Positions 39,289 through 50,529 are shown, numbered from the whole stretch's first letter. The stretch: DNA of 62,096 bases, filler included, from Vermamoeba vermiformis (GCA_045837725.1; 3 parts of 3 records of this genome joined end to end with filler, not necessarily neighbours in it); one strand, 5' to 3'. Numbers and translations: made by a program. The notes: generated by a model from the letters alone, not told the origin.

Positions 39289-40332
39289 ATGCCAGAATAC
39301 CTTGAAAACAAGCTAGATGCAAGTGCCATCAATGCCAAAGCAAAGGGCCACAAGTTCAACTCAATCTCCACTGGTCCATACAAAGTACCTACTTCTTCAG
39401 AGCCCCTACCTACCATGAATGGACAGTATACTCTCTCTGCCTCTGCCATTGGAAAGTGGCTTATTATCAAGCTGCGGCAAAAACGTCAACTTAAGCACAC
39501 TCTCTACATCTCTCTCAGCATGAAAGGACAAGTTGTGTTTCTTACCCCTGAACAGTATGAAGCTGAAAGCAAATTTGTGGCTATTGCTTTCCATCGTGCA
39601 GATGGCTTGGTCATTGGACTCTTCCACAAGCCCAGCAACCACATTGTTATATATGTGGATTACAAGCCTGACACTCTTTCACATGACTTCTTCCTTGAAC
39701 CATCAGCATTCAAAAAGCACCTGCAACAGAAGTTGAAAGCTACCCGCAAGAACCTGGCTACTACTCCTCTCTGTGTATTGATGCTGGATCAAGACTTCTT
39801 TCCTGGAGTTGGAAACTATCTGCGTGCTGAAACTCTCCATAAGGCAAACATTCCACCTTTCACTCCTGCTAGCCTCCTGAACGAACCTCAGTTTTTGCAA
39901 ACTCTGTTGGATGCTCTACATGCAATTGTGATGGAATTCATTGCCAAGTTACCAGATCACTACAACATGCAAGATGCTCAAATGAAAACTTGGTTTGAGA
40001 ATGATTTCCTGAAGGTGTATGGCAAACAAGACTCCCAACGTGCCTTTGACTCCAGTGGAAAGAAGATTTGGTGGAAAGGACCAGGGGGACAGCTTCCCTA
40101 TGTACCAACAGAAGATGTATCCAAAGAATCTGTTGGTCCTTATAGTGGATGGGCAATGGAGCTGGAACAAACTGAAATTACTCACCAGGACAAGCAAGCT
40201 CTTCACTATGCAGTGCGCAAAGGAAAGCGTGGACGACCTAGAGTGATACGCAACTCTATTGGAAGACCAAGCCTGGGCCGCCCTCAATACAATAATAGAA
40301 GAGCAAAGCAAAAGTTTATGTACCGTAAATAA
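39289..40332 (+). CDS. Intronless NEIL1-like (Fpg/Nei) DNA glycosylase/AP lyase with C-terminal AT-hook
   Basis: N-terminal MPE, YTLSASAIGKWL, SMKG, H2TH motif LDQDFFPGVGNYLRAETLHKANIPPF, zincless finger LKVYG...DSSGKKIWWKGPGG and KRGRPR. Confidence 0.9.
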   Translation: MPEYLENKLDASAINAKAKGHKFNSISTGPYKVPTSSEPLPTMNGQYTLSASAIGKWLIIKLRQKRQLKHTLYISLSMKGQVVFLTPEQYEAESKFVAIAFHRADGLVIGLFHKPSNHIVIYVDYKPDTLSHDFFLEPSAFKKHLQQKLKATRKNLATTPLCVLMLDQDFFPGVGNYLRAETLHKANIPPFTPASLLNEPQFLQTLLDALHAIVMEFIAKLPDHYNMQDAQMKTWFENDFLKVYGKQDSQRAFDSSGKKIWWKGPGGQLPYVPTEDVSKESVGPYSGWAMELEQTEITHQDKQALHYAVRKGKRGRPRVIRNSIGRPSLGRPQYNNRRAKQKFMYRK

Positions 40333-40335
40333 ACT

Positions 40336-40372
40336 AAATGTACCCAAATGCACTTTTACAATACCTTTCGAT
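40336..40372 (-). repeat. Right terminal inverted repeat
   Basis: Reverse complement ATCGAAAGGTATTGTAAAAGTGCATTTGGGTACATTT matches the left TIR at 32/37. Confidence 0.9.
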
Positions 40373-41495
40373 ATGAACTTCCACTCCGCCGTACTATCTT
40401 TCTCCAGATTTTCATATGCCTAAGTAAATTTAGCACATATCAAGCGCTTTTAATAAAGTTTCAGTTTCGATCTGCGGATTGACTTACTTTAACAAAATAA
40501 TCGAATACAGAAACTGCGTTACATTCAACCATGTCTTCGAAATTAATCTCGGGATCGGCAGATTTTTTTACTCGTACAAAAGGGTTTGGTGTCTTTGCAA
40601 AAATATCAGGCCCAAAGCACGCATGTAAATACGTAACATCGTCGAACGCGAATGCACGCTATCAATGCTATTAATACCAGATATAATAATAATGCTCATA
40701 ATATTACTTTTTTGAGGCTTTTCTTGAACCAGTATTCGAGATCTTGTTTGAGTGTGTGATCTTGTTTTCGGAGTCTTCAATAATTTATTAGCTAATTAAA
40801 TAATTATTAATGGCGAAATAAATGCAAGATTCTTACGGTTGTATGGTAAATTGATACATTTGTAACTCCATTTTCAAATCAATCATAAAATAAAGCTTCT
40901 TGCATGATCGAGCAAGCGTTGATTTGCTCAATATACCACTATTAATTATAATAATTTTAATAAGCTCATTGGGAAGGCCAATAAGAGTTGACGACGGCTG
41001 TTCCGATGGCGGATTTGATGCATCACGTTTGAGTTGCTTCTTTTTAGCAACTTCTTTTGCATCAAACTGCTTGAACTTCGAGGAAAGGCTCGGTGTCGTG
41101 TTTTTGTTGCGCTTCATTTGATTTAAATGATAACTGAACTATCAGCCACAATTGTTGCGTTCCAGAAAAAACAAGAAGCCACGAAGGGGACGCGTAACGG
41201 GGTGCGTATAAATTAATATGATTGGTGCGTGTCCAAGAACGTGATGGTGTAACTTTTATTTATTAGGCAATTAACCGGCTAAATAACGGTAACAAAAGGA
41301 ATTATAAATACAACAAAAAATTGGATAAATATGAATAAATAATAGAATAAATATGTCAACAGGTTTGTCACAGATCAGTTAGATTTACTCGACTACTGAT
41401 CAACAGGCCTTTGATATTTTATTATAAAGTGGATGACTTTCACGTTGTCCAGACCAAATCGCTTGGTTTTATTACGATTCTTGCTTTAGTGAAAA

Positions 41496-43120
41496 CTACT
41501 GCAAATATGACATATCAAAGTTGATCTCGTAAATGTCATATCTATTTATCGCGAGGGCTTTGGTGTCATTAATGATGAAAATATCTACTAGCTCTTTGTT
41601 GATGTAACCAATGATCGCTCGTTTGCTGATCGAAAAGAAAATTCGACGAGGATTACCATTGCGGTAAGTTCGACACGTTAAAATGTCTCTATTTAACCAA
41701 CAACATTGTGCGCACATTTTTTCTGGCAAGCTTATCGAGAGGTAGGGGTCATGCAAGTGCTCAATATTGTCTGGTACAGTGTTTGCATCGTTTATGCGAG
41801 TAGTTGACAATTCATGAACAGTGAATACTCCAGATTCTGAGAAAAAAGTCGGTAAAATTCGGTTAAGTTGCAGTCTTACTTGGTAATGTGCAGTAATATG
41901 GTGAACCCGGGAATACAACAAGATCGTTCCAAGCTTTGAAATAGTCGTTCACATCTTTAGTCGGCTGTTGCTGGTAGGATTGGCGGTGAATAATTTTCCG
42001 CGAATTGACATCTAATATTTCTATTTCTAGTGCCACGCCTGGGTACCGAAATATCTTCAAGTAGGACCCATTTTCATTCTCAAATAGCTGCATCCCGCAA
42101 TTGAAATGTTCTTTTTGTTTTTCATTAAGCTGCCCGTTGTAAAGGTCAATAATTTTCAGATTAATGCAATCGATCTCGAATATTGAGTAAGTTGCATTCA
42201 CTAGGTCGTGACTAATGGCGTATGTGACAGGTCTTAACGTTGATGAGATGTAGTCACAAGGAACCGACAACTCGAATGTAGCTACGTCGTTCCCTGTTGT
42301 TATCGATCGGAAATTTAACTTCGCAGAATTATTCTCTTCGTAAGCAATTCCAATCCAAATATCACCTAAAAAAAAGGTAAGTATTACAAGCAAGAGCAGA
42401 ATTACGTTGGCGTTTACCATATATAAGGGATTGATCTCCTGGTTGCGTGCTTAGGCACGTGACATCTCGTTCATGAACCAAAACGTCACCTTCAACGCGG
42501 AAAAATTTCATGGTACTTTCCTCCGTAAGCAATCCGATCGTCTGATCTATTAGTATGCGGCTTATATTAGAAAGTCATGAGAATAATGCAAAGTACTTGC
42601 CAGTTATGTTAAAAAACGGCTCGTACAAGGTAGGCATCGGTAGTGTTGCTGTTATAATCGCTGTTGTTGCGTTGTACACAAGTAAATCTTTGTCTAAATA
42701 TAAAATTAAATCTTTTCTCCATGGAACTTGATAGCTGCTCGGCAGTGCGTTGTGTGGATTCGGTTTTCCATTTGTCAAAGTGAAGTAGGAGACTGAATGT
42801 CCTTCGTCCACGAGCGAATCTATCACAATGAGGCGTCGGAATTGTTGGTTCATATCTTCTTTTAATACGAGGGTGTATGACAGTGGGAATGCCGACTGGA
42901 TGCGTTTAATCCAGGCGAAGCTAAACCGATCAGACAACCACGAATTGAACTTTTTGCATACTGTACGCAATATAAATATTCTCTTGATAGACAGAAAAAT
43001 AGTTACGTTGAGAAACGCGTCTTTGCTGGAGAATAAAGCATTTTCAGATCTGCTCGAAAAATAAGATCTTAACTTAGTGGTAGTAATTAAAATCCTCAAT
43101 TTTACTTACATGTCTTCCAT
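41496..43120 (-). CDS. F-box-like protein with beta-rich C-terminal region
   Basis: FSSKDAFLNVTIFLSIKRIFILRTVCKKFNSW is F-box-like. Three ORFs are joined by introns, with an ATG micro-exon at 43120. Confidence 0.65.
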
Positions 43121-43257
43121 AAATCGTGTTGAATCGCTAATTTGTCAGCACCTGAATGGTGCGCTCTGTCGAGGTGTCAGAAAAAAATGAGAAACAAATT
43201 AATAACTGTAGATTTTAGATAATAGTACATAAGATATACAACAACGATATGTATGAG

Positions 43258-43357
43258 NNNNNNNNNNNNNNNNNNNNNNNNNNNNNNNNNNNNNNNNNNN
43301 NTTAATTAATTAANNNNNNNNNNNNNNNNNNNNNNNNNNNNNNNNNNNNNNNNNNNN
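43258..43357. other. Artificial contig linker (N44-TTAATTAATTAA-N44)
   Basis: Same 100-nt cassette as 31453-31552. Confidence 0.97.
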
Positions 43358-43699
43358 TGAAAGTTAATACAAGTGCAGTTGAAACAAAATTCTTCAAGAT
43401 TGAAGTTGAATTCATATGAGCACTGCATGCCACTCTTCATATTGAGGTGAAGCTCAGGAGGCACATCAACTGTTATGTCATCAATATTTTTTAACCTGTA
43501 ATGAAGTAAACTTAGGATCTGCAGTCACTATCAGTTAGGTGAACAGGCATTGATCTCTATCATCTTAAAAGTTACCACACGTGATTCAGTCCCATCATAC
43601 AGTCCCAAGAGTGCATATTCCCTGACTTTAGGCCCAAGAATGGGGTCAAGAATGGTGACTACTGTGTTTACTTTCATGTCAAACTTACAGATGGCAGTT

Positions 43700-43900
43700 C
43701 AGTATGTACTCAACTTTCCTTAACTTAGTATCTTCAATCCTTTCTTAGTGTTTGATTGAATTGCTCAATTTGACCATTTGTCTGAAGGTGCCTAGGAGCT
43801 GACTTGATCTTCTTGTACCCAATTGCTCTCTTAGCTTCTGACATTGCATGTGAATTGATAAGTTGTTGATGCTGCTTTGCTCTAGTGATAAGCAATTCTC
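43700..43900 (-). pseudogene. Decayed retroviral-type (rve) integrase fragment
   Basis: Reverse translation AIGYKKIKSAPRHLQTNGQIEQFNQTLRK resembles the HPQxNGxxERxNRTL motif. Stops are nearby and the region is almost free of CpG. Confidence 0.65.
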
Positions 43901-44078
43901 ATTTGCTAATTAAAGCAAGCAATAGTATCATTTAATGCATCCTTCTTTGTAATCATATCTAATTGGATTGACTTTATATAGAATAGGGTTGGGGCTAGGC
44001 CCAACCTCAATAAACCACATGTTTTTAACAAATTAAATATTTATTTTAGGGTCCAACTGGACTACAAGCTTGCGTCTG

Positions 44079-44292
44079 GGTGCGAGCCACGCACTAAGAC
44101 AGCACACAAGACTTGGACGGTGCGAGCCACGCACCAGGAAAGTGTCCAAGACTTGGACGGTGCGAGCCATGCACCAAGACAGCACACAAGACTTGGACGG
44201 TGCGAGCACGCACCAGGAAAGTGTCCAAGACTTGGACGGTGCAAGCCATGCACCAAGACAGCACACAAGACTTGGACGGTGCGAGCACGCAC
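44079..44292. repeat. Tandem 39-40 bp hairpin repeat, 5 full units plus a partial, alternating A/B variants
   Basis: GGTGCGAGCCACGCAC-x-CAAGACTTGGAC units at 44079, 44119, 44159, 44199, 44238 and 44278. Confidence 0.93.
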
Positions 44293-44583
44293 TATTCTAC
44301 TTAAAAGGCTAGGGCTGGGATTATACGATGGGCATGAAACGCCCGGGATTGATGCGAAAACCATGCCCAAAAAATCGTGGCAAGAAAATGAAGCAAAATA
44401 GCCAAAAACGAACATGAGCATTATATATAGCCTTAGGAGTAGGCTGGTTTAGGTTTATAGGCTTTTGGCATTAAATGATACATTTTATATATATTTAGGG
44501 TTGCCCACCCTATGGGTTATGGGGTTGTTGGTGGCCCTTCAGGGGGTTTCTTGCGATTTGTGGGGTGTGACCTCCTTTCACCT

Positions 44584-45163
44584 GGAGGATGTTGTCCAAC
44601 AGGATGCGACCTCATTTTGATAGGAGGTTGTTGTCTGATGGGATGCGACCTGGTTTAGACAGAAGGTTGTTGTCCAATGGGATGCAACCTCGTTTTGATA
44701 GGAGGTTGTTGTCCGACGGGATACAACCTCGTTCGACAAGGCAGGTTGTTGTCCAGGAGGATGCAACCTCTTTCGGCAAGGCAGGTTGTTGTCCAGGAGG
44801 ATGCGACCTCATTTGACAAGGGAGGTTGTTGTCCAGTGGGATCCAACCTCATTCGAGAAGGGAGGTTGTTGTCCAGTGGGATGCGACCTCATTCGAGAAG
44901 GCAAATTGTTGCCCAACGGGATGCAACCTGGTTCAGACGGAAGGTTGTTGTCCAGTGGGATGCGACCTCGTTTTGATAGGAGGTTGTTGTCCGATGGGAT
45001 ACAACCTCGTTTCGATAGGAGGTTGTTGTCCGACAGGATGCAACCTGGTTTAGACAGAAGGTTGTTGTCCAACAGGATATGACCTTGTTTTGACAGGAGG
45101 TTGTTGTCGGAAGGGATGCTACCTAATTTGCATGTGAGGTTGTTGTCCAGGAGGATGTAATCT
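44584..45163. repeat. Tandem array of 15 imperfect palindromic 39-40 bp units
   Basis: Consensus GAGGTTGTTGTCC-N4-GGATGCRACCTC plus a ~10-bp variable linker. Confidence 0.93.
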
Positions 45164-45394
45164 ATATATTACACAGTTTGTATTATGAAAAATTTAGTTT
45201 ATTGGAGTTGTAGTGTTGAGCAATTTTTTTGAATTTTTTAGACAGTTTTCTTCTGAAAAATCGATTCATCTTCGAAATTGATTCTGTTTCACCATCATCC
45301 TCACTCTCCGTCTCATCTCCATCTGAATATTTGAGTTCGCTCAAGTGTCTGCACCGTTGAAATTATTTTACTGATTATTATTGCAACGGGAAAC

Positions 45395-46476
45395 TTACAA
45401 TTTGAGAACATGAGTAAGTGAGACAAAAATGTCAAACTGAAGGGGTTGCTGTTTCAACCAAGTCCAAAATATTGAATTGGTTTGAACAGTCTTTGAAGGC
45501 TGGCCAGAGTTTAACCAATTTGAAGGCAAGCTGGAGGGGAGAACACAGGTTGTGAAGCACTCAAACACTGTCAAGGGCGTACAAACCAACAAACAATGAA
45601 CTTTCTTGTTTTCGAATGTTGTCCGGTTGAAAACTTGAACATATCGCATGGCTGCTTGCTGCCATCCAGTGCAATAAAATTGAAGGTAGTCAAAGTCGTG
45701 TTCAACAAAATTGCAGAGCTGTCGCAAGTATTCAGTGCAAACACTAATTAACAGACTTTGATTTGCCTCAGTGCTTAAGAATTGGAAAGCATTTTGCCAT
45801 GGAGGTATACCTGGTTAATGTATCAGTAGTAGTAGAAGTAGTTTGCATTGAAGACAGCTTTTTTGTACCAAAGTAATGAGCCAAGCGCTGAAGAATTTCG
45901 TTTGTAATTAGCTCACCAAAGCCATTAAACAGTTCTGAGCACAGCAATTCAAACAAAGTTAAGTGTCTTCCAATATTGCCCACACGTGTAGCAAGTAGGT
46001 GGGTGAACAAACCATTTTCCATCCTAATATCTGGGCCCAGTTTATTGTTCCATTGTAATGCTGGCAGTACAGTAATTGCAGGCCCACTATGAGGAGTGCG
46101 TGGCAAGAAAATGAGGACTTGATCAACTCCGTCAAAGCTCATAATTGTAAAAGCCCATGAGTTAAAATTTTTTAATGCATTAACTTGGCAATAAATGACA
46201 ATATCTTCACTCGCTAGCTGAACTATAATTGCCGAGCCATCTGCCAAAATCAGTGCAAGCTGCTGTCCACGTGAGTAGATCTAGTTTACAATTATTAAAA
46301 TCAAGTGCGTGACTTCTATCAATTAAACCTACCAATTCTACCCGTAAGTAATACGTCTCTCTTTGTAGTAAAGTTGTAACTTTGCCGTTACTGCTGTAAA
46401 GTCGAACCAAGATCCTTCGAAGAATGCGCGCTGACAGCCAACGTTGCAAGCACTTATAGTCCACGTATTCGGCCAC
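45395..46476 (-). CDS. Degenerate NEIL1/Fpg-like protein, probably catalytically inactive (intron-containing; ends uncertain)
   Basis: AEYVDY aligns with MPEYLE, and DGSAIIVQL with IGKWLIIKL. Also KLGPDI, LFELLCSELFNGFGELITNEILQRL (H2TH) and YVQVFNR. Confidence 0.6.
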
Positions 46477-47315
46477 TAAATATATTTAATTAGTACGTTG
46501 AGCAGAGGCAGAGATCAGCGCATTTTGGATGCGCTACGATTTATAAACTTAATTAACCTATTGCATTAATAATAACGCTATTGCTCACTTACATGTTAGT
46601 AAAAATCCTCGATGCAGTGGCGTATTGTACTCCCAGCAAGGAATATTACCAAGATCACGTTCGCCGTGATCGGTGGTTGCTCGCCCAACGAGGGCAAGGA
46701 GTGTCGCCGTCGAAGCAACAATTTATTAAATATTTACTTACTCATAAAAGCGCGTTGTGAACGAATTGTGCACTCCTGTTTCAGATTGCTAAAATAGTAA
46801 GTCCGGTAACATTCCGTTTATTCGCAATTGTTGTAATAATTGTTATATTTTTAATTAGTAACCACCAGTGCCATATGTTTTGTGTAAGTTCTACCACGGG
46901 CTCGATGGTCCGTTGATAATGCAACTTCGTTTGGTTGCACGAATCTCGCTGAGTCCGCTGACTCGGCGAGCTTCATTTTCTAACAAGGAGTGCGTTAGCT
47001 CCATTTTCTTTATGGCGAATCGCCGTACTAATTTCTTTTTGAAGATGGGCGAATCCTGTCTTCAATTGAATTTAGTCACGAATTAATGGTAAATAATTGG
47101 CAGTTTATGCTGCTACGTTACCTTGAATTTATTGCTGCCGTGTTATTATTTATTTGGGCTTACAGGCCTAAAGAAATTTTGATCTCGAGATCTTGAAATT
47201 TTATTTATTTATTTTACCAAACAGAATTCCTTAGGCATACAATATATTATTTACAAATACACAAATAATAATAATATTGTTTATAATTAAATTCCAGCTG
47301 ACTTGGTTTTTCAGA

Positions 47316-48692
47316 TGACTTCGGTACTACAAGCGTTATCGTTGAAGTCAAAAGTCGATATCTACTTGGACTTTCTTGTGAAGGCTCGAAACAGAATATG
47401 GTTCGAAACAGACTTTCCGGATACCTTAGTGCGACAGATTCAACAGCATCCTGAATGGGTCACACGCGAGGATTTCGTCTTTTACTTCGTGTTTTTCGCA
47501 TATCATAAAATGCTACCGCCGTTGGATTTGGCGAAGCTGTATTATCCTACGTGGTACTTCACGTACCGCAATCAGATCGCTGCAACGCTCTCTTTGGACG
47601 TCAATAGCCAGCAATGGGCTGACTTCAACACCATCTTCAACACCTTTCCGTACCGTTTACAATCCGCGATGCAAATGTGCGCCGTGCGAGCTGCCAGTCA
47701 TCCCGCAATCGGAGGAGCTCAAGTTCAAACGCAATTTTATTTACTTTGGTGCGCTCTTCGCTTCAAAATGTCTTATTGGCAATCCGATAACACTCTGCGC
47801 GTGCTATTGGACGAGTTAGAAAAAGAAGACGCGAAATGCAACTACGATTCGCCGTTGTTCACGCTGGATCACAAAAACTGCTTAGCGCCACCACTTCAAG
47901 GTATGCCCACAATACTAATGAAAATACTAACCAACTATCAAGGTGTCCAACTCCCCAATTATTCTGTGTCTAAATCGCAGCAAAAGAAGAACAAGAAGAA
48001 AACGCCGAGTAACATCTATTACGAGCGTGTTGGCTTCGTACAAGAATGCAACAGATTAGGTTATCGTTGGTTTCATCCGCCAGAATTTAACAGAGCAAGG
48101 GCGATATACGAGATTGCTGAAAAAAAACGAAAGTTGGATGCCGATTCGACAAAAACTTCTGGCACTCCAAAACGTAGAAAGGTTAGTACCACTACTTTAT
48201 GATTTAAACGTCGGTTTTAATAAATTTAGTTGGAAGGCACAGAGTGCTATTCTAGCAATCAAGAAAACTACGCGCCGTTCGAGCAAATCGAGCACGATGC
48301 AGAAGTTGAAGCATTTTCTCACAGCCCTGTCTACCAGCCAATGTACGAGATGCCTGTAAGTATTATTAGTAACTTATTATCGAAGCAATTTACTGATACG
48401 GGTCCAGGATTCACCAAACGTGCCCCTCTCTCCCCCATCCGAACCAGAGACAGCGATTGCTTCCCCACCCCACCGTAACACCGAAAATGAGTCGTTAATC
48501 GACGCAGCATTTAAAGCTGTTACGGTTATTGAAGTCAGTGCGGCAGACACTCGCAAGATGCTTGAAGAGAACGCGTCTTACTTGGCAGCAGCAACCAGCG
48601 ACTTATTATGGTGCGTTGGACCGGGAGAAGGAGTAAGATTGCAAGAGATACTAATGCAAACATTGGCGTGGGTAGGTAACGAATTGTATTGA
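47316..48692 (+). CDS. Unknown-domain protein (paralog 1); may be spliced to the downstream LRR-like exons
   Basis: Long open exon 47316-48180 with downstream splice sites. Motifs are shared with the gene at 59364-60093. Confidence 0.65.
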
Positions 48693-48983
48693 CAACAGTG
48701 CTGATCCTTTCTCAGTACAGAGATCGAGCGAAGTTTGAGTTTTGCTGGACCCCCGAACTAGAGACTCGCGTTGCTAACCTTACAGAGGACCAGGCACACG
48801 CAACTTTGCTGAAAGAATATATAGTAAGTTCTCAATTCTCAAGGATTTGTTTTGTATCGTGATTAACTCTCTATCCTTCCAGCGGTCAACGGTGGGGCTT
48901 GAACTACTAACGACACTTCGCCTCTATGTAAGTTAGTAATTGCTACCGTGGGCGACTAATAAGTGTAGCCAAAATCAGGAAGG

Positions 48984-50529
48984 TTGAAGGCCTATTTGAC
49001 CGGCAAAAGAATATATGACACGTGCAACCCGCTACCCTTCGTGCGCGGAATTTGGGCAACCCCAAGTGTTTGCTGGCTTATCATCATATGGGAGCTATTG
49101 GAGATACCCTCTGCGATAGTAACCTTTGCTCAGACTTGCAAACAGGCGCTCCAGATCGTCTGTGCTTGCTTCTCCGTTTGTCCTTCTTGGCAGCGCTTCA
49201 AAATCTTCGCTAAGTTTGCTTCGGTCGGCATCAAACTCAAACTTATGGAACACAAGCATATACTTGGGCACCACTTCATTGCTGATAATCTACATTCATT
49301 TCGTGATGGCGCAAGCCCGTATTCCCAACTGCGCGAGCTGCATTTCCACCACGTTACTCTCATGCCCGACGACATTTCCGAGATTATAAGGTGTTGCACT
49401 ACTATCAAGTCTTTGGCGTTTCATGGTGCAACACTAATTCCCGAGTCACAAGCAAAGCTGAAGCAGATGTGAGTAAATCTGATAAGATCAATATCGGTAA
49501 TTAACTAATTGACCGTCGTTAGGCTATCACAAATACGATCACTTCAAATTACGGATCCTAACACTGTCTATGCAAGAGATAGGGTAAATATCTCCCAAAA
49601 TCTCCTGCCGATCTGCTTTCCAAATCTGGCTGCTCTCTCGCTCCGAAATATGACCATGGCTACACAAACGTACAACATGCCCTGCAATTTGTCTACAAAG
49701 CTTCTTTTCTTAGACTTGCGTACAAAGGGCTTTGTAAACAATTTCTACGGGTTTTTGAAGATTCGAAATCCATCCACCACCGACGTTCTCCAGGAACTCT
49801 ACAAGCTCTTTCCCAATATTCGTGGCTTACGCTTGCCATTGGCTGATCGCCCTACGAGAGAGAGAGGTGTAGTTAAGATATTTTTTCCTCCACCACCTGC
49901 GTCTTTGGAGTACTTGGAGCTGCACGGCTACGCGGATCCGGTTGGTGTGGAACTAGACCTTTGGCAAGTCAATATGGGGCAACGATTGCACTACCTAAGC
50001 TTCGTCGATATATTCATTCGCCTAACGCCCAGACCAACGCATCTCATCCCGAGTTACGGAGACGACGATAATTTAACGCGAAAATATTGGTCGCTATATG
50101 TTGGGGGTAGCACTCACCAACTAAACAGGCGGATATTCGAAGCAATAGTCAAGCAGAGACCGTAAGAACTCAATTGCAATTAGTAAAAATTTGTTAACGT
50201 CTAATTTTAGATTCTCGTGGAAATACAAAGAAGGGGTAGAGCCGCGTCTTATAGGGCCTCCTGCATCGTTTTCGCAACTGTTCGATGTAGCACAAAAGAT
50301 TGCCGTGAACTCCTCACCAGATTTAGAACGGAAGGTGCTTATAGAGAGAATTTCGCACGAACGCTGCTTCATGCCCGATATTCCGGATTTCAGGATAGCT
50401 TCAGATGCCGTCAAGACAGAATATAGGTGGCTGATGAAGGTGGCTCCCGGTGCGTTTGTTGTTGAGCAGGATAAATTCGAAAGTAAGAAACAATGGTTCG
50501 ATTGTTTTGTAACGGACTATCGCTCATAA
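48984..50529 (+). CDS. F-box/LRR-like exons (gene probably extends to the acidic exon ending ~51384)
   Basis: FAQTCKQ, QLRELHFHHV, IKSLAFHG, FPNLAALSL, FPNIRGLRL and SLEYLELHG. Confidence 0.55.

Larger units (their letters stand above)
33295..40372. mobile_element. Full-length Sola1-like DNA transposon (7078 bp) with cargo genes
   Basis: 37-bp TIRs (32/37 identical), 4-bp TSD ATGA at 33291-33294 and 40373-40376, empty site restores the host reading frame, DDD transposase inside and a visibly CpG-poor interior. Confidence 0.9.
31553..41117 (-). pseudogene. Host F-box protein gene (ankyrin-like segments downstream) disrupted by the transposon insertion; 3' end beyond gap
   Basis: F-box LIGLPNELIKII at ~40900-40990. 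Removing the element plus one ATGA copy gives the in-frame exon AYENLEKDSTAEWKF-INNDFQSFLWISIRS. Further exons continue to 31553. Confidence 0.75.

Noticed and set aside
44033-45082. Many overlapping ORFs over the repeat arrays
   Set aside because: They are by-products of stop-poor tandem repeats. Mixed 39/40-bp units do not preserve a frame.
44584-45163. CRISPR array
   Set aside because: The linkers are only ~10 bp and related to one another, there are no cas genes, and the context is eukaryotic.
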